Part shown: positions 1 through 9,978 of the stretch, one piece after another
Layout: each line of letters begins with the position of its first letter
Position numbering within the stretch: position 1 is the stretch's first letter
Source of the DNA: Deltaproteobacteria bacterium
Lineage (GTDB): Bacteria > Myxococcota > Kuafuiibacteriia > Kuafuiibacteriales > Kuafuiibacteriaceae
Length of the DNA stretch: 64,000 nucleotides
Direction: 5' to 3'
NCBI GenBank assembly: GCA_040218735.1
Contig: JAVJQW010000023.1
Span: forward strand, 1 to 64,000
Notes under the pieces: model-generated
The model's database searches: none
Told to the model about the DNA's origin: nothing
The model's input: the letters and a program-made list of their open reading frames with translations, nothing else
Position numbers and translations under genes: made by a program

Positions 1-135
1 GAGACGACGCTACCGAGGGCGCAGGTCCTAGCCAGGTGCTGGCCCTCGCGGGCCGCTCGGGGCAAGGGAGGCGCTCCTCGGCAGCTCCGTCACGACCGGT
101 GCGAGTCTATCCCCCCACCGGCAGGAAAAAGGTAC

Positions 136-272
136 AGGGCACGGGCAAGTTCAAGTTCTTGGCCGAAGCCCGCCGCGAATGCGGCGGGTCTGAGGACTGT
201 GCCAAGCCGTCCCGCGAAGCGGGCCGGCGTTATGGTCAAGGGGCAGGGCTGACTTCGTCAGCGTCCTGCTAG
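136..272. repeat. Right end of a MITE-like inverted-repeat element (same family as 11929-12171), interrupted by a 79-bp insertion
   Basis: gggcaagttcaagttc (143-158) and aaggggcagggctgacttcgtcagcgtcctgctag (238-272) match the element ends at 11929-11995 and 12110-12171. Confidence 0.7.
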
Positions 273-1447
273 AAAAACGCGTTCTCCCCCGTCACCTCGC
301 GACCGATCACCAACGTGTGGATGTCGTGCGTGCCCTCGTAGGTGTACACGCTCTCCAGGTTCGCCATGTGGCGGAACACCGGGTACTCATCGGCGATACC
401 GTTCGCGCCGAGGATGTCGCGGGCGACGCGGGCCGTCTCGAGGGCCATGCGGACGTTGTTGCGCTTCGCGACGCTGACCTGGACGTGGTTGTGTTTGCCG
501 GCGTCCTTCAGGCGGCCGAGCTGAACCACCAAGAGCTGCGCCTTGATGATCTCACTGATCATCTCCGCGAGCTTCGCCTGCACGAGCTGGAACGCCGCGA
601 TCGGCTTGCCGAACTGCTTGCGCTCCTTCGCGTAGTCGAGCGCCGCGCGGTACGTCGCGATGGCGGAGCCGATCGCGCCCCACGCGATGCCGTAGCGCGC
701 CTGGTTCAGGCAGGACAGCGGGCCCTTCATGCCCTGGATGTCGAGCATGTGGTCGGCCGGCACGCGGACCTCGTCGAACACCAAGCCGCTCGTCACCGAA
801 GCGCGCAGCGAGAACTTGCCCTCGACGTCGTACGCCGTGAACCCCGGGAGCCCCTTCTCGACGACGAAGCCCCGCACGTCCTTCGGCGTGTTGCCGTCGA
901 CCTTCGCCCAGACGACCGCGACGTCCGCGACCGAGCCGTTCGTGATCCACAGCTTCTCGCCGGACAGCACGTAGTGATCGCCGTCCTTCTTCGCGCGTGT
1001 GATCATCCCGCCCGGGTCCGAGCCGTGGTCGGGCTCCGTCAGACCGAAACAACCGATGAGCTGCCCCGCCGCCATCTTCGGCAGGTACCGCTCCTTCAGC
1101 ATCTCGCTGCCGTACTTCCAGATCGGGAACATCGCGAGCGAGCCCTGCACCGACGCAAACGAGCGCAGCCCCGAGTCGCCGCGCTCCAGCTCCTGCATCG
1201 CGAGGCCGTACGTCGTCCCGGACAGGCCCGGGCACCCGTACCCCGACAGGCTCGTGCCGAGCAGCCCCATCTCGCCGAGCTCCGTCGCGAGCTCCACGGG
1301 GAACGTCCCCGCACGGTAGTGCTGCGTGACGATCGGCAGCCAGCGCTCGTCCACCCAGCGCGCGACGCTGTCACGCACCATGCGCTCGTCCTCGGAGAGG
1401 AGCGAGTCGACGTTGTACAGATCGGTCCCGTGGAACGGTTCGGCCAT
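269..1447 (-). CDS. gcdH: Acyl-CoA dehydrogenase, glutaryl-CoA dehydrogenase-like
   Basis: Motifs GCFGLTEPDHGSDP, KLWITNG, RKQFGKPIAAFQLVQ, NLESVYTYEGTHDIH, and ELERGDSGLRS typical of the GCDH subfamily. Confidence 0.9.
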   Translation of the reverse strand: MAEPFHGTDLYNVDSLLSEDERMVRDSVARWVDERWLPIVTQHYRAGTFPVELATELGEMGLLGTSLSGYGCPGLSGTTYGLAMQELERGDSGLRSFASVQGSLAMFPIWKYGSEMLKERYLPKMAAGQLIGCFGLTEPDHGSDPGGMITRAKKDGDHYVLSGEKLWITNGSVADVAVVWAKVDGNTPKDVRGFVVEKGLPGFTAYDVEGKFSLRASVTSGLVFDEVRVPADHMLDIQGMKGPLSCLNQARYGIAWGAIGSAIATYRAALDYAKERKQFGKPIAAFQLVQAKLAEMISEIIKAQLLVVQLGRLKDAGKHNHVQVSVAKRNNVRMALETARVARDILGANGIADEYPVFRHMANLESVYTYEGTHDIHTLVIGREVTGENAFF

Positions 1448-1484
1448 GCGGCGAAGTTAGTGCCGGCAGCCCGCCAGTGTCACG

Positions 1485-4400
1485 CTACTTCTTCTTGGTC
1501 AGCGGGATGTCGAGCGACTCCGGGATGGCCATGGCGTCCGGGAACTCGACCTCGTAGGGCTCGTGCCCCGGCGCCACGACGCGCACCGTCACCGGACCCG
1601 ACTCCGGCAGCGCATCCAGCTCGATCTCGGTGCCCGACCCCGACTCACGCCCGTTCACGTAGACCGTCGCGTCGACCGGCACGATGAGCTTGGGGTGCAC
1701 GCGCTGGAGGTCCACCCGGAGCGTGTACGTCCGGCCGCGCGCGATGACCTCCGTGATCTCGTGCTCCAGGTTCCGGTACCCCGCCTTCGAGAACCGAATC
1801 GGGTGCCGCTCACCCGGCGACAGCTTCACCTCGATCGGCGTCACCCCGCGCTCCACCTCGTCCACCATCACCCGCGCGCCGGTCGGCGACGAGTCCAGCT
1901 TGAGCTTGGGCCAGAACATGTCCGTGAGCGCCCACGCGTAACCCAACCCGCCCAACAACAGCACCGCGACCGCGACCAACCCGACCGTTAGTCCGTTGCG
2001 CGCCAAGAACCCCGCCTGAGGTTGCGGCGCCGGCATGCCGTACGGACTGCTCGGGCGCGCGTGCGCGGGCGTCCCCGGCGGAAACGACGCGGACGCAGAA
2101 GGCGGATAGGACGAAGGCGGCGCCGCGTTGGGGTTCGATGCGTAACCCGGGTGACTCGGCGTCGCGGGCGTTCCGCGCGGCGGCGAGTGCTGCCCCGCGT
2201 TGCGGGTCGCGACCGCGCGCCGCGCCGCTGCGTCGTCGTCCCACTCGAGCGCGTTGGCGTCGAGCTCCCCCGCCATCCAGCGACCCGTGGCCGCACCGAC
2301 GTCGTTGTTGACCGGACCGGACTGCGAAGCCGCCGGGGGCTGCGGCGACGCCGGCGGGCGCGGCCCGCTCGGCATCACCGTCGGGAGCTCGCCGCTGCTG
2401 CTGTCGACCAGCGCCGCGTTCTTCGCGAGCGCCTCCGCCGCGTTCTTCGCCTCGGCGAGCGCGGGCTGATCGTCGGTCACGGGGATGCGGATCGGTCCGT
2501 CGAAGAGCGCCGGCCCCGGCGCCTTCACGGCCGTCGGCTCGTAGGACTCCTCGTCGTCGGCCACCGCGTGCATCGCGATCGTCGAATCGATGACCGGATC
2601 ATCGACGTTCGACTCGTCGCGGATGATCGTCGCCCCTCCGCCCTGCTGCTGCGCGCGCAAGGCAGCTTGCACGTCCTCCGCCTGGACGCCGTCCAGCAAC
2701 GTGGCGTCCTGCAGGTCCGTGCTGTCGCCGCCCGCGCCCCACTCACTCGCGAGGAGCGCGGCGATCTCGTCGTTGGGCGCCTGCCCGTCCATCGGGATGA
2801 TCGTCGCGGCGTTTTCGTCGTCGTCGTCGCTGACCGTCGCGTCGAACGCGGACGGCGCACCGGCTGTCGGCGCCGCGGGGTCCCAGTCCGGCACCGCCAT
2901 CCCGGCGACGGTGCGCCCGTCGTCGATGCGATCGTCGTGCACCGGCGGCATCGCCATGGTGGGATCCGCGAAGTCGTCGTCGTCCGGCTCGATCTCGTCG
3001 AGCGACACCCCGACGACGGTCGCGCCGTCGGCGTCGCTGTCCGCGGGGCTCCCCTCGGAGGTCGCGGGCAACGACGGCTCCGCCATCATGTGGTCTCGGA
3101 CGCGGTTGCGGTCGGTGCTCGACTCCGGGAACGCGACGTCCACGGCTTGCTCGAGCGAGTCCGCACGGGACACCGCCTCGTAGCTCATCGTCGGCGAGTT
3201 CGCGACGATCAGATCCCCCGTCGAAAGCGCCTCCGGCGCATCCGTGTCGGCGCGCGACAACGCGCTCTGCACCCGCGCGAGCGACAGCTCTTCGTCCGTC
3301 TCGACGTCGCGGTCCGCCGGCGTCGGTCCCCACTCCTGGGAGTCGTCGATCTTCGGGAGCGCCTCGTGCGTCGGGAGGTCGACGAGGTTCGGCGACGCCC
3401 CCGAGCCGACGTGCACCGGCTGAAGCTGATCCGCCGTGTCCGCGAGCGAAGCATTCGGCGCGACGTCCGCGATGTTGTCCCGCGCCGTCACCGGCCCCGA
3501 GCTGCGGGACACGCCGTTCGCCGGATCCGAAGTCGCCGTCGAGTCGTCGCTCGCGACCCGCGGGTGCGGCGTGAAGCTCGCCGCGCCACGCTGCGCTTCG
3601 AGGAGCCGCTGCAGCTCGTCACGCGGGACCGGCTCGCGGAATGCGTCGGGCGTCACCTTCTGCATCAGCTGGGCGATGAGCTGCGCGCCCTTCTTGGTGT
3701 CGGTGCGCCACGCGGGCGTAGAGAGGACGGCGTCCTGCAGCGCGTCGCCGAGCGCCGCCGCCGACGACCACCGCAGGTCCGGCTTCGGCTCCAACGAGCG
3801 CATCACGATGGTGTCGAGCGCCGGCGTCACCTCGCGGTTGAAGTGCGACGGCGGCGGGACCTGTTTGTCCTCGAACCTCTGGATCGCCTCCATCACCGCC
3901 GCCCCGTGGACGGGGTGCTGACCGGCGAGCATCAGGTAGACGACGACCCCGGCGCAGAACAGATCGGCGCGCGCGTCGATCCGCTCGTAGCGGACCATCT
4001 CCGGCGCCATGTAACCGAACTTGCCCTTGAGGACGCCGGCCTGCGTCTGGTGCACACGACCGCGCGCACGCGCGATGCCGAAGTCCGTCAGCTTCACCTC
4101 CCCCTGCGTGGACAGGAGGATGTTTGCGGGCGTGACGTCGCGGTGGACGATGTTGAGCGGCTCCCCGGCGTGGTTGACGCGGGTGTGGGCATACTTGAGC
4201 GCGCGACAGAGCTCGGTCGCGATGTAGAGCGCCGCGGGGATCGGGACCTTGCCGCCGTCGCTCGCGATCGTCTCGACGAGGCGCTCGACCGTGATCCCCT
4301 GAACGTACTCCATCGCGATGTAGTAGCGACCGTCGTCCTCCGAGAGGTCGAGGACGCTCACGACGTTCTGGTGGTTGAGGAACATCGAGATGTTCGCTTC

Positions 4401-4583
4401 GTCGACGAGCATCTCGACGAACTGGCGGTCCACGGCGAGCTCTTCGCGCAGGACCTTCAGGGCGACGTACGGTCCGAACCCGACCGGGCCGGCCTTGGCC
4501 GCGACGTACACCTCACCCATGCCACCAGACGCGAGTCGTGACAGGAGGGTGTAGCGCCCCAGGTTGTCCCCCACTTCGGGCAC
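1485..4583 (-). CDS. Membrane Ser/Thr protein kinase with a long acidic linker, TM helix and C-terminal PEGA domain
   Basis: GGMGEVY, VALK, HRDVTPAN, DFGIA, GKFGYMAPE; TM segment LTVGLVAVAVLLLGGLGYAW; PEGA-like LDSSPTGARVMVD..GVTP. Confidence 0.93.
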   Translation of the reverse strand: MPEVGDNLGRYTLLSRLASGGMGEVYVAAKAGPVGFGPYVALKVLREELAVDRQFVEMLVDEANISMFLNHQNVVSVLDLSEDDGRYYIAMEYVQGITVERLVETIASDGGKVPIPAALYIATELCRALKYAHTRVNHAGEPLNIVHRDVTPANILLSTQGEVKLTDFGIARARGRVHQTQAGVLKGKFGYMAPEMVRYERIDARADLFCAGVVVYLMLAGQHPVHGAAVMEAIQRFEDKQVPPPSHFNREVTPALDTIVMRSLEPKPDLRWSSAAALGDALQDAVLSTPAWRTDTKKGAQLIAQLMQKVTPDAFREPVPRDELQRLLEAQRGAASFTPHPRVASDDSTATSDPANGVSRSSGPVTARDNIADVAPNASLADTADQLQPVHVGSGASPNLVDLPTHEALPKIDDSQEWGPTPADRDVETDEELSLARVQSALSRADTDAPEALSTGDLIVANSPTMSYEAVSRADSLEQAVDVAFPESSTDRNRVRDHMMAEPSLPATSEGSPADSDADGATVVGVSLDEIEPDDDDFADPTMAMPPVHDDRIDDGRTVAGMAVPDWDPAAPTAGAPSAFDATVSDDDDENAATIIPMDGQAPNDEIAALLASEWGAGGDSTDLQDATLLDGVQAEDVQAALRAQQQGGGATIIRDESNVDDPVIDSTIAMHAVADDEESYEPTAVKAPGPALFDGPIRIPVTDDQPALAEAKNAAEALAKNAALVDSSSGELPTVMPSGPRPPASPQPPAASQSGPVNNDVGAATGRWMAGELDANALEWDDDAAARRAVATRNAGQHSPPRGTPATPSHPGYASNPNAAPPSSYPPSASASFPPGTPAHARPSSPYGMPAPQPQAGFLARNGLTVGLVAVAVLLLGGLGYAWALTDMFWPKLKLDSSPTGARVMVDEVERGVTPIEVKLSPGERHPIRFSKAGYRNLEHEITEVIARGRTYTLRVDLQRVHPKLIVPVDATVYVNGRESGSGTEIELDALPESGPVTVRVVAPGHEPYEVEFPDAMAIPESLDIPLTKKK

Positions 4584-4641
4584 TGGGGCCGAGTATCCAG
4601 CGGGCCGGATCCTAAATCCAGCGCAATCGAGTCACGAATGG

Positions 4642-5250
4642 TTACAGGTGGTTGGGCGTCACACGATCGATCGCCGCGAGCGCGTCCGCGAGCAGATCCG
4701 CGGGGGCGCGGGTGCCGTCCAGGACCGTCGCCGCGTCGAAGGACAGGAAGGTCCGACGCGCCCGCTCCAGGTTGGCGGCCTTCTCGAAGTCGTCGGCGGG
4801 TCCCTCGCGGGTCTTCGTGATCCGCTCCAACGCGACCTCCACCGGGAGGTCGACCACCAACAGAACGTCCGGGCTCGGTGCGATCGCGGTGCTGACTTCG
4901 AGGATGCGCTCGCGCGAGACGCCGCGATCCCCCTGGTACGCGACGGTCGAGAAGTAGCTGCGGTCCTGCACCACGACCTCCCCGCGCTCGAGCGCAGGCC
5001 GGACGCGCTGCTCGACGTGCTCGCGTCGGTCGTCGGTGAACAACGCGAACTCCTCGTCGGGGGACATCTCGGCGCGACGCCCCGAGCGGGTGAGCTCGCG
5101 AATGCGCCGACCGTGCGGGCCGTCGGTCGGCTCCGCGGTGACGACGACAGTGCGACCGCGAGCACGGAACGCATCCGCGATACCGCGCGCGAGCGTCGAC
5201 TTCCCGCTGCCGTCGATGCCTTCGAGGACGATCAGGAGCCCGCGAGTCAT
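4642..5250 (-). CDS. tmk: Thymidylate kinase
   Basis: LIVLEGIDGSGKST P-loop, TAEP, DRREH, QDRSYFSTVAYQG; start set at ATG 5250. Confidence 0.93.
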   Translation of the reverse strand: MTRGLLIVLEGIDGSGKSTLARGIADAFRARGRTVVVTAEPTDGPHGRRIRELTRSGRRAEMSPDEEFALFTDDRREHVEQRVRPALERGEVVVQDRSYFSTVAYQGDRGVSRERILEVSTAIAPSPDVLLVVDLPVEVALERITKTREGPADDFEKAANLERARRTFLSFDAATVLDGTRAPADLLADALAAIDRVTPNHL

Positions 5251-5371
5251 GACGGTCGCACGTCTAACACGGTGCAAACCGAACGCACATCCACGCGTCT
5301 TCTGCCGAACCCCCGCGATCTTTGGGTCCGCAGCCGAGAAATTTGCTCGGCCGCGTCGAGTCCAAGATCAC

Positions 5372-6001
5372 ATGAAGACGAACCCCATCCTCCTCACCCT
5401 CTCCCTGTCCGCGGTCGCGGGCCTCTGTCTCGTCAGCTCTACGGCCGATGCACGCCCCCGACGCGCCCAGAGCGCGGACCGGGACGCGGCCTCCCGACGC
5501 GCCCGCGCCGAGCGTGGTGATCGCGATCGCGTGGCCCCGAAGAACGCCGTGGATCGACGTGCGCGTCCCGCGCCCGCCCCCAAACGCCGGGTCACGGACC
5601 GTCGTGCGCGTCCCGCGTTGGTCTCGGTGCGCAGCCGGCCGGCGCAACCCAACCTGCGACGCGTTCCGTACGTGCGGCCGGGTGCCATTCAGCGGGTCCG
5701 TGACATCGCGCGCGACTGGAACCACGCGGTCGCCGCGCGCGATCTTCGGCGCCTGAGAGCCGTCGACCAACGACTCGCCAGCTTCCTGCGCACGTCGATC
5801 GATCAGGCGGACCGCGCCGCGGCGCACGCCCGTGGCTCGCGCCGCGCGTCCGCGCACGCTCACTCCGTCGCGGTGCGTGAGCTCGCCCGCGACCTCCACC
5901 GGCTCGGCTCGCGCCGCCACCCGTTCACGCCGCGCCACGTGCAGCAGAAGCGCACGAAGCTGTACCAGCTCGTGCAGCTCACTGAGCATGGCAGCCGCTG
6001 A
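5372..6001 (+). CDS. Hypothetical secreted Arg-rich basic protein
   Basis: ATG 5372 followed by signal peptide MKTNPILLTLSLSAVAGLCLVSSTADA; GC-rich third positions. Confidence 0.65.
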   Translation: MKTNPILLTLSLSAVAGLCLVSSTADARPRRAQSADRDAASRRARAERGDRDRVAPKNAVDRRARPAPAPKRRVTDRRARPALVSVRSRPAQPNLRRVPYVRPGAIQRVRDIARDWNHAVAARDLRRLRAVDQRLASFLRTSIDQADRAAAHARGSRRASAHAHSVAVRELARDLHRLGSRRHPFTPRHVQQKRTKLYQLVQLTEHGSR

Positions 6002-6036
6002 TTGCTTTGCGTGCGACGTCGGCGGACGATGCGGGT

Positions 6037-6390
6037 GTGGCTCGTAAGGACGTCGACGCCTACCTCGCGAAGCTCGACGACGCTCCGCGCGCTTCGCTCG
6101 AGAAGTTGCGCGCGACGATCCTGAAGATCGTCCCCGACGCCGAGGAAGGCATCGCGTACGGGATGCCGGCGTTCAAGGTGAACGGCAAAGCGGTGGCCGG
6201 GTTCGGTGCGTTCAAGAAACACCTCAGCTACTTCCCGCACAGCGGCACCGTGCTCGAAGCGGTCGGCGACGCCGTCGCGAAGTACGAGACCTCGAAGGGG
6301 ACGCTGAAGTTCCCCGTCGACAAACCGCTCCCGAAGGCGCTGGTGCAGAAGCTCATCCGCGCGCGGCAGCGGGAGCTATCTACTCAGTAG
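6037..6390 (+). CDS. DUF1801/YdhG-like protein
   Basis: VDAYLA..LEKLRATI..VPDAEEGIAYGMPAF..FGAFKKHLSYFPHS..SKGTLKFP. Confidence 0.88.
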   Translation: MARKDVDAYLAKLDDAPRASLEKLRATILKIVPDAEEGIAYGMPAFKVNGKAVAGFGAFKKHLSYFPHSGTVLEAVGDAVAKYETSKGTLKFPVDKPLPKALVQKLIRARQRELSTQ

Positions 6391-7090
6391 AACGCGCCGC
6401 ACCCACCGCCTCCTGGAGCGCCGCGCCGAGCGCCCGCGCGAAGGCGATGCGGTGCGCGGGGCGCTTCCACCGCTCGTGCTCGGCCTCGATGAGCGCGTGG
6501 TGCGTCTCGACGATCACCGACGGCATCGAGGGACGGCGGAGCATGAACAGGCGACGGCGGTCGATGAAGACGCCGTCGACCGTGTCGTTCAGATAGAGGC
6601 CGCCGTAGTCATACCCGTCGTACGCGACGAACCCGGCGCCCGACATCTTCTTCGCGACGGCCCGCGCGAGCCGACGCCGCGCGTCGACGATCTTCGCGCC
6701 GCCCTCGTCCGACACCAAGATCGCAAAACCGGGCTGCTCGCGACTCACCGGGCAACGCTGCCCCGGCTTCGGCTCGTGCCATTCGAAGTCCCCACGGGTG
6801 TCGACGTGGAGGCTGACGAGGACGTCCGCTCCGAACCGCTCCGCGGCGGCGAGGCGCCGGCGGTAGCTCGGCCCCTTTGCGGTGCGGCGCGAGAGTCGAA
6901 CGTCGAAGCGACCCGTACGTTCCAGAACCTGCTTCACGTCCTTCGCGAGCGCGAGGACGAAGTCGGCTTCGTCGGTGCAGTGCACGGTGCGTGCGCCGGT
7001 GTTCGTGCCGGCGCCGTGTCCGGCGTCGAGGTACACGCGGGTCTTCGCGGGCGCGACCGCGAGGAGCGCGAGGAGGAGGACACCGGGCAT
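6380..7090 (-). CDS. N-acetylmuramoyl-L-alanine amidase (Amidase_3)
   Basis: VYLDAGHG, E of DEADF, LVSLHVD, PSVIVET zinc-amidase motifs; short signal peptide from ATG 7090. Confidence 0.85.
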   Translation of the reverse strand: MPGVLLLALLAVAPAKTRVYLDAGHGAGTNTGARTVHCTDEADFVLALAKDVKQVLERTGRFDVRLSRRTAKGPSYRRRLAAAERFGADVLVSLHVDTRGDFEWHEPKPGQRCPVSREQPGFAILVSDEGGAKIVDARRRLARAVAKKMSGAGFVAYDGYDYGGLYLNDTVDGVFIDRRRLFMLRRPSMPSVIVETHHALIEAEHERWKRPAHRIAFARALGAALQEAVGAARSTE

Positions 7091-7168
7091 CGAACGGGAC
7101 AACGGCGCACTTCCCCTCTGGATTCCCTTGGGGCTCGCCGGATCGATCGGTGGTATGTTGCGCGACCG

Positions 7169-9070
7169 ATGCGTTGGGCCTACGTCCTGGTCGCGTTTGG
7201 ACTGCTTTCGGGCTGCGAACGTGGCCGAACCCGGATCGACCCGCCCGGGCAGCTCGCCCGCGCGCTCGAACGGGTCACCGAGCTCACTGCGACGGCTCAG
7301 CTGCGGCCCGTCGACAGCGCGATGTTCGAGAGCCAGGCGCTCGAGGCCGAGGGGGCGTCCTTCTCCGGCTTCGTGGAGGCGGCCCCCGGCGACTACACGC
7401 TGGAGATCGTGTTCCGCGGTCGCTACGACGGCGCCGGCCCGTACTTCTTGGGGCGGTGGGCGTCGAACCGATTCACCGTCGTGCAGGGCGACGCCGTGAC
7501 CCCGGTCTTCGCCACGCCGCTCGACACGATCGGACGCGACGGCGACGGCGGCGACGACGACGCGGACGGGCTCGGGCTCCTCGACGAGCTGCTCTTCGGC
7601 GCCGACATCGCGGACGACGACACCGACGACGACGGCATCCCGGACGGCGATGACTGTCGACCTACGCAGACCAGCGCCGGCCGCGCCGCGCGCACCGGAC
7701 AACTCGAAGACTGCGACGGCGACGGCGAGTTACGGCCGGACCGCCCCGTGGGCACCGCGGGCCGCGACTGCAACGACGAGGACGCGACGATCAACCCCGC
7801 CGCCGAGGATGTCTGCGGCGACGGCATCGATCAGGACTGCAACCCCGAGACCTGCGCGGACGAGTCGCGACCGGTGATCACGATCCTCGAACCCGACGAC
7901 GGTGAGTCCGTCGGGTGCTCGCGCGACGTCCGCGCTCGGATCCAGTCCGAGCTCCCGATCGCCAACGCCGAGGTGGTGTTCCTCGACGGCGCGAACGTCG
8001 TCGACCGGATGACGATGCAGGCGAACGGAGACGTCTACGCGTCGCCGCCGCTCGCGGACACCTCGGTGTTCCTCGACCTCGGCGCGCAGAGCTACGAGGT
8101 CCGCGCGACGGACATGCGCGGGCGGACGTCGACCGCCGCGCGCACGATGGACCTCGCCTTCGAAGTGCCCGTCGCGACGATGACGCCGAACATGGTCGGG
8201 TACCGCGACGCGCCGTTCGACGTCACGGTCCAGGCGAGCGCGGCGGCGGGGATCACTTCGATCGTCCTGTACCGAGCGCCGGTGATGGACGACGAGGTGA
8301 ACCTCAGCGACGCAACCGAAGTTGCGCGCACGACATCGAGCCCGCTGACGACGACGATCGATCCCACGATGCTGCCGGACGGCGCGTACGCGTTGGTGCC
8401 GGTCGTGACCGACGCGGTGGGGAACGTGCTCGAAGCCGACGGCGACTTCATCCCCGACACCCGCATGGACGGCACACTCGGCTCCGACGCCGTCTACTGG
8501 TGCTTGTTCGACTCCGGCGAGGACAACGTCCCGGTGCGGTTGTTGATCGTCGGCGCCCCTTCCCTCGCGCCGGCGAAGATGCGCGACCACCTCCAAGAGG
8601 CGATCGACCTCGCGGCAGCGCGCGATCCGGTGGCGGACCTCGTCGAGGTACGAGGCTTCGGCTTGCGCTCGGACGGGACCGTCCCGCTCGACGAGCGCAC
8701 CGGCGACGGCGGGAAGTGGTGGCGCTACGTGTTCTTCAACTTCACGGACGACCGTCGCATCGAAGTGACGTGGTTCTCGCTCGCGGACGGCGAGGACAGC
8801 CCGGTCGTCGAGGTGACGGAGAACGATCAATTCGGCTTCGCGTACGCGCCGTTCGGCGACATCTCGGCGCTCGAGGACAGCGACGTCATCGCCGCGGCCT
8901 ACGAGGCCGCGAACGGGTGCGGCATGTTCACGGGCTCGGAAGACGACGACATGCGCTACGAGAACGACGACCCGTTCTCGACGAACGACGTCGTCTACGT
9001 CACCGCCCAGGACCTCACCTGGAAGGCGACGGCGGCGACGCCGATCACCGAGATCTTCATGTGTGAATGA
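7169..9070 (+). CDS. Lipoprotein with Asp-rich TSP3-like and MopE-type metal-binding repeats and Ig-like domains
   Basis: Lipobox LLSGC; DDDADGL, DTDDDGIPDGDD; DCNDEDATINPAAEDVCGDGIDQDC. Confidence 0.75.
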   Translation: MRWAYVLVAFGLLSGCERGRTRIDPPGQLARALERVTELTATAQLRPVDSAMFESQALEAEGASFSGFVEAAPGDYTLEIVFRGRYDGAGPYFLGRWASNRFTVVQGDAVTPVFATPLDTIGRDGDGGDDDADGLGLLDELLFGADIADDDTDDDGIPDGDDCRPTQTSAGRAARTGQLEDCDGDGELRPDRPVGTAGRDCNDEDATINPAAEDVCGDGIDQDCNPETCADESRPVITILEPDDGESVGCSRDVRARIQSELPIANAEVVFLDGANVVDRMTMQANGDVYASPPLADTSVFLDLGAQSYEVRATDMRGRTSTAARTMDLAFEVPVATMTPNMVGYRDAPFDVTVQASAAAGITSIVLYRAPVMDDEVNLSDATEVARTTSSPLTTTIDPTMLPDGAYALVPVVTDAVGNVLEADGDFIPDTRMDGTLGSDAVYWCLFDSGEDNVPVRLLIVGAPSLAPAKMRDHLQEAIDLAAARDPVADLVEVRGFGLRSDGTVPLDERTGDGGKWWRYVFFNFTDDRRIEVTWFSLADGEDSPVVEVTENDQFGFAYAPFGDISALEDSDVIAAAYEAANGCGMFTGSEDDDMRYENDDPFSTNDVVYVTAQDLTWKATAATPITEIFMCE

Positions 9071-9871
9071 TCAGCGCAGGTCGGTGAGCAGGTGCTCCGC
9101 GAGGTTGCCGGACGGCGACAGCGCGTAGACCCGAGCGCCATCGACGAACGTGCGCATCGAGGGTTGGAGCTCGAGGCCGGGCGTGTCTTCGACGTCGAAG
9201 AGGCAGCGCTCCTGGGTGTCGGCGTCCTCGACGCCGAGGTAGTTGCGCATCCCGCCTTCGAACGCGTCGCGCGCGAAGACATGCATCCACCCCTCGTGGT
9301 CGAAGCCGGAGGTGGGGCCCCACGTGAGGGGCTCGAACGGAACCTCTTCGACCTCAGCGTTGTCCGGCGTGATGCGGTAGAGGGCGCCGAGCTCGTAGAG
9401 CCAGAGTCGATCGCCGTCGTGTGCGATGAAGCGCTCCACGTAGGCGTCGCCCTTGCCCGGGGAGGTGAGCTGCGTGACGAGGTCGAGATCGCGATCGAGC
9501 GTTCGCACCTCGAGCTGGTCGCTGCACACGTACAGTCCGAGCCAGGCGGCGTCGGCGTGGGTGATGCTCTGGACTTCGCAGTCGTCGCGGGGGATCGCGA
9601 GGGCGTCGATCCGATCGCGCGTCTGGGCGTCGAAGCGGACGAGCCAGGGCGTGCCTTCGATGTCGGCGAGGACGCCGATGGTCCCGGCGCCGATCGCGCC
9701 GTCGCGGATGCGTGCGCCTTCGGGGAGGTCGAGGTGATAGGTGGCGTCGTAGTCGAGGGCGAACGCCGCGCAGGGGAGCGGTCGGTCGTCGTGATCGTAG
9801 GGCAGCTCCGTCTCGATCGCGCAGGCGGTCAGGCCGATGGCCATCACGCCGATCCATGTCGTGCGGTACAT
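9071..9871 (-). CDS. Hypothetical lipoprotein, possible beta-propeller
   Basis: Lipobox GLTAC; beta-rich mature region; start could be 9901. Confidence 0.6.
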   Translation of the reverse strand: MYRTTWIGVMAIGLTACAIETELPYDHDDRPLPCAAFALDYDATYHLDLPEGARIRDGAIGAGTIGVLADIEGTPWLVRFDAQTRDRIDALAIPRDDCEVQSITHADAAWLGLYVCSDQLEVRTLDRDLDLVTQLTSPGKGDAYVERFIAHDGDRLWLYELGALYRITPDNAEVEEVPFEPLTWGPTSGFDHEGWMHVFARDAFEGGMRNYLGVEDADTQERCLFDVEDTPGLELQPSMRTFVDGARVYALSPSGNLAEHLLTDLR

Positions 9872-9978
9872 GCCGGTGGTCGTTCGCAAGGTGAGTGCCA
9901 AACCCGTCGCGGGTCGCCAATCGCCGCGGGGGCGCGCGGTGCATGTCAGGAAAGTCAGAGCCGCGGTGGTAGGATGAC

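Noticed and set aside
159-205. Hammerhead ribozyme suggested by CTGAGGA, CGAA and GTC near a hairpin
   Set aside because: GTC and CTGAGGA overlap, leaving no stem I, and GAAA is GAAG; the topology does not fit
36-272. 78-aa ORF, and the similar ORF at 11918-12154
   Set aside because: Both are translations of the repeat element (GKFKF peptide), with no RBS or coding bias
2022-4541. Long antisense or alternate-frame ORFs (also 317-1687, 30707-32785, 34887-36941, 57086-59737)
   Set aside because: Shadow ORFs expected in high-GC DNA opposite or overlapping well-supported genes; Arg/Pro-rich with no motifs
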